In this document: positions 63,200 to 64,000 of the stretch, piece after piece
Layout: the number at the start of each line of letters is the position of its first letter
Numbering within the stretch: the first letter of the stretch is position 1
DNA from: Lingula anatina
Taxonomy: Eukaryota; Animalia; Brachiopoda
NCBI GenBank assembly: GCA_051362555.1
Contig: CM120640.1
Location: 47,098,788 to 47,162,787, forward strand
DNA length: 64,000 bases
Direction of reading: 5' to 3'
The notes under the pieces: generated by a model
The model's input: the letters and a program-made list of their open reading frames with translations, nothing else
The model's database searches: none
What the model was told of the DNA's origin: nothing
Translations under genes and position numbers: made by a program

Positions 63200-64000
63200 A
63201 TGCACCTAGACGCCAGGAGGATCAATATGTCGACCAAGCGATCACAATCGACGTCAGACCTGGTGACAGCTAGTACTGGTGTATCAGACACATTAAAATT
63301 CAAGGTATATAGATACTTATCAACCATGATTAACGATAATGATAATGAGGATGAGGATGATCTTGGGGGTCTCCCTAAGCAGACGGTTGGTACATTAAAA
63401 GCTGCAGACGGGGGTATCACTATCCCAGCGTCTGTACCAGGATTCCATTTTGCCAAAGCTTCCGCATATAAACTCAGTCGATCAACTCCTGACATTAGAA
63501 GCAGCAATAATAAGGAAACCAAAGCCACAGATGAATTGAAACAGAAGAAACCAATCAAGTCAAAACAGCGGCGGTTTAGATCACGCCAGCAAAATGAGAA
63601 AGTAGGACGTAACCATGGTAATCAGACCCTAGAAAGTACTAAATCTCTGGGAACTGGGAGTAGGTATTATAGAGGTCGCGACGCGTTTTTCAAGCTTGAC
63701 AGGCCGCGTTCTGCTCCCGACGTAAGAGATCCGGAAAGTTACCATGGAAATAGGCTCTGGAGAAAGCCTCCTGCATTTTGGCATTCAGATACAGACCGAT
63801 CTACGTCGTCTTTAGAAAAAAACAAGACATTTTTCTTCAGCGAGGAGTTACTTTACCACGAGACTGAGAAGGCAGATGACAAGAAAAGAGAAGAGGACAC
63901 GCCCCCAGGAGAGGTAGCGTCAAAAATATGTACAGAGCCTGAGAAAAACGAACAACCAAAACACACGGAAAATAAAAATACTCCAGATTCCTCTCAACAA
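63200..64000 (+). CDS. Long ORF open to the window end (>=267 codons), unknown largely hydrophilic protein; not in the ORF track
   Basis: In-frame TAA at 63164, then ATG 63200 (second ATG 63227): MHLDARRINMSTKRSQSTSDLVTASTGVSDTLKFKVYRYLSTMINDNDNEDEDDLGGLPKQTVGTLKAADGGITIP... with no stop through 64000. Confidence 0.75.
   Translation, partial: MHLDARRINMSTKRSQSTSDLVTASTGVSDTLKFKVYRYLSTMINDNDNEDEDDLGGLPKQTVGTLKAADGGITIPASVPGFHFAKASAYKLSRSTPDIRSSNNKETKATDELKQKKPIKSKQRRFRSRQQNEKVGRNHGNQTLESTKSLGTGSRYYRGRDAFFKLDRPRSAPDVRDPESYHGNRLWRKPPAFWHSDTDRSTSSLEKNKTFFFSEELLYHETEKADDKKREEDTPPGEVASKICTEPEKNEQPKHTENKNTPDSSQQ

Overview
AT-rich animal genomic DNA with spliceosomal introns; a lophotrochozoan/mollusc-like invertebrate is inferred from the repeat types and gene content. 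Left third (1-19 kb): the 5' part of a spliced gene for a secreted amphipathic-helix protein (minus strand, runs off the left edge), a complete 6-exon SRRD/SRR1-like gene (minus) containing a GC-AG intron, a U12-type minor-spliceosome intron and a Helentron/HINE-like element carrying satellite arrays, and an 8-exon HIRIP3-like gene (plus) arranged head-to-head with SRRD. Right part (25-64 kb): a CpG-retaining region with a co-oriented cluster of long uninterrupted ORFs. Three encode an N-terminal PTB/PID (PH-fold) domain followed by a long disordered S/R/H/G/P-rich tail (35436, 47877, 51751), and a fourth, absent from the ORF track, starts at 63200 and is open to the window end. This PTB-adaptor cluster is the best candidate for an undescribed system. 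Exon boundaries were read and frame-checked by eye; family calls rest on remembered motifs, not database searches.
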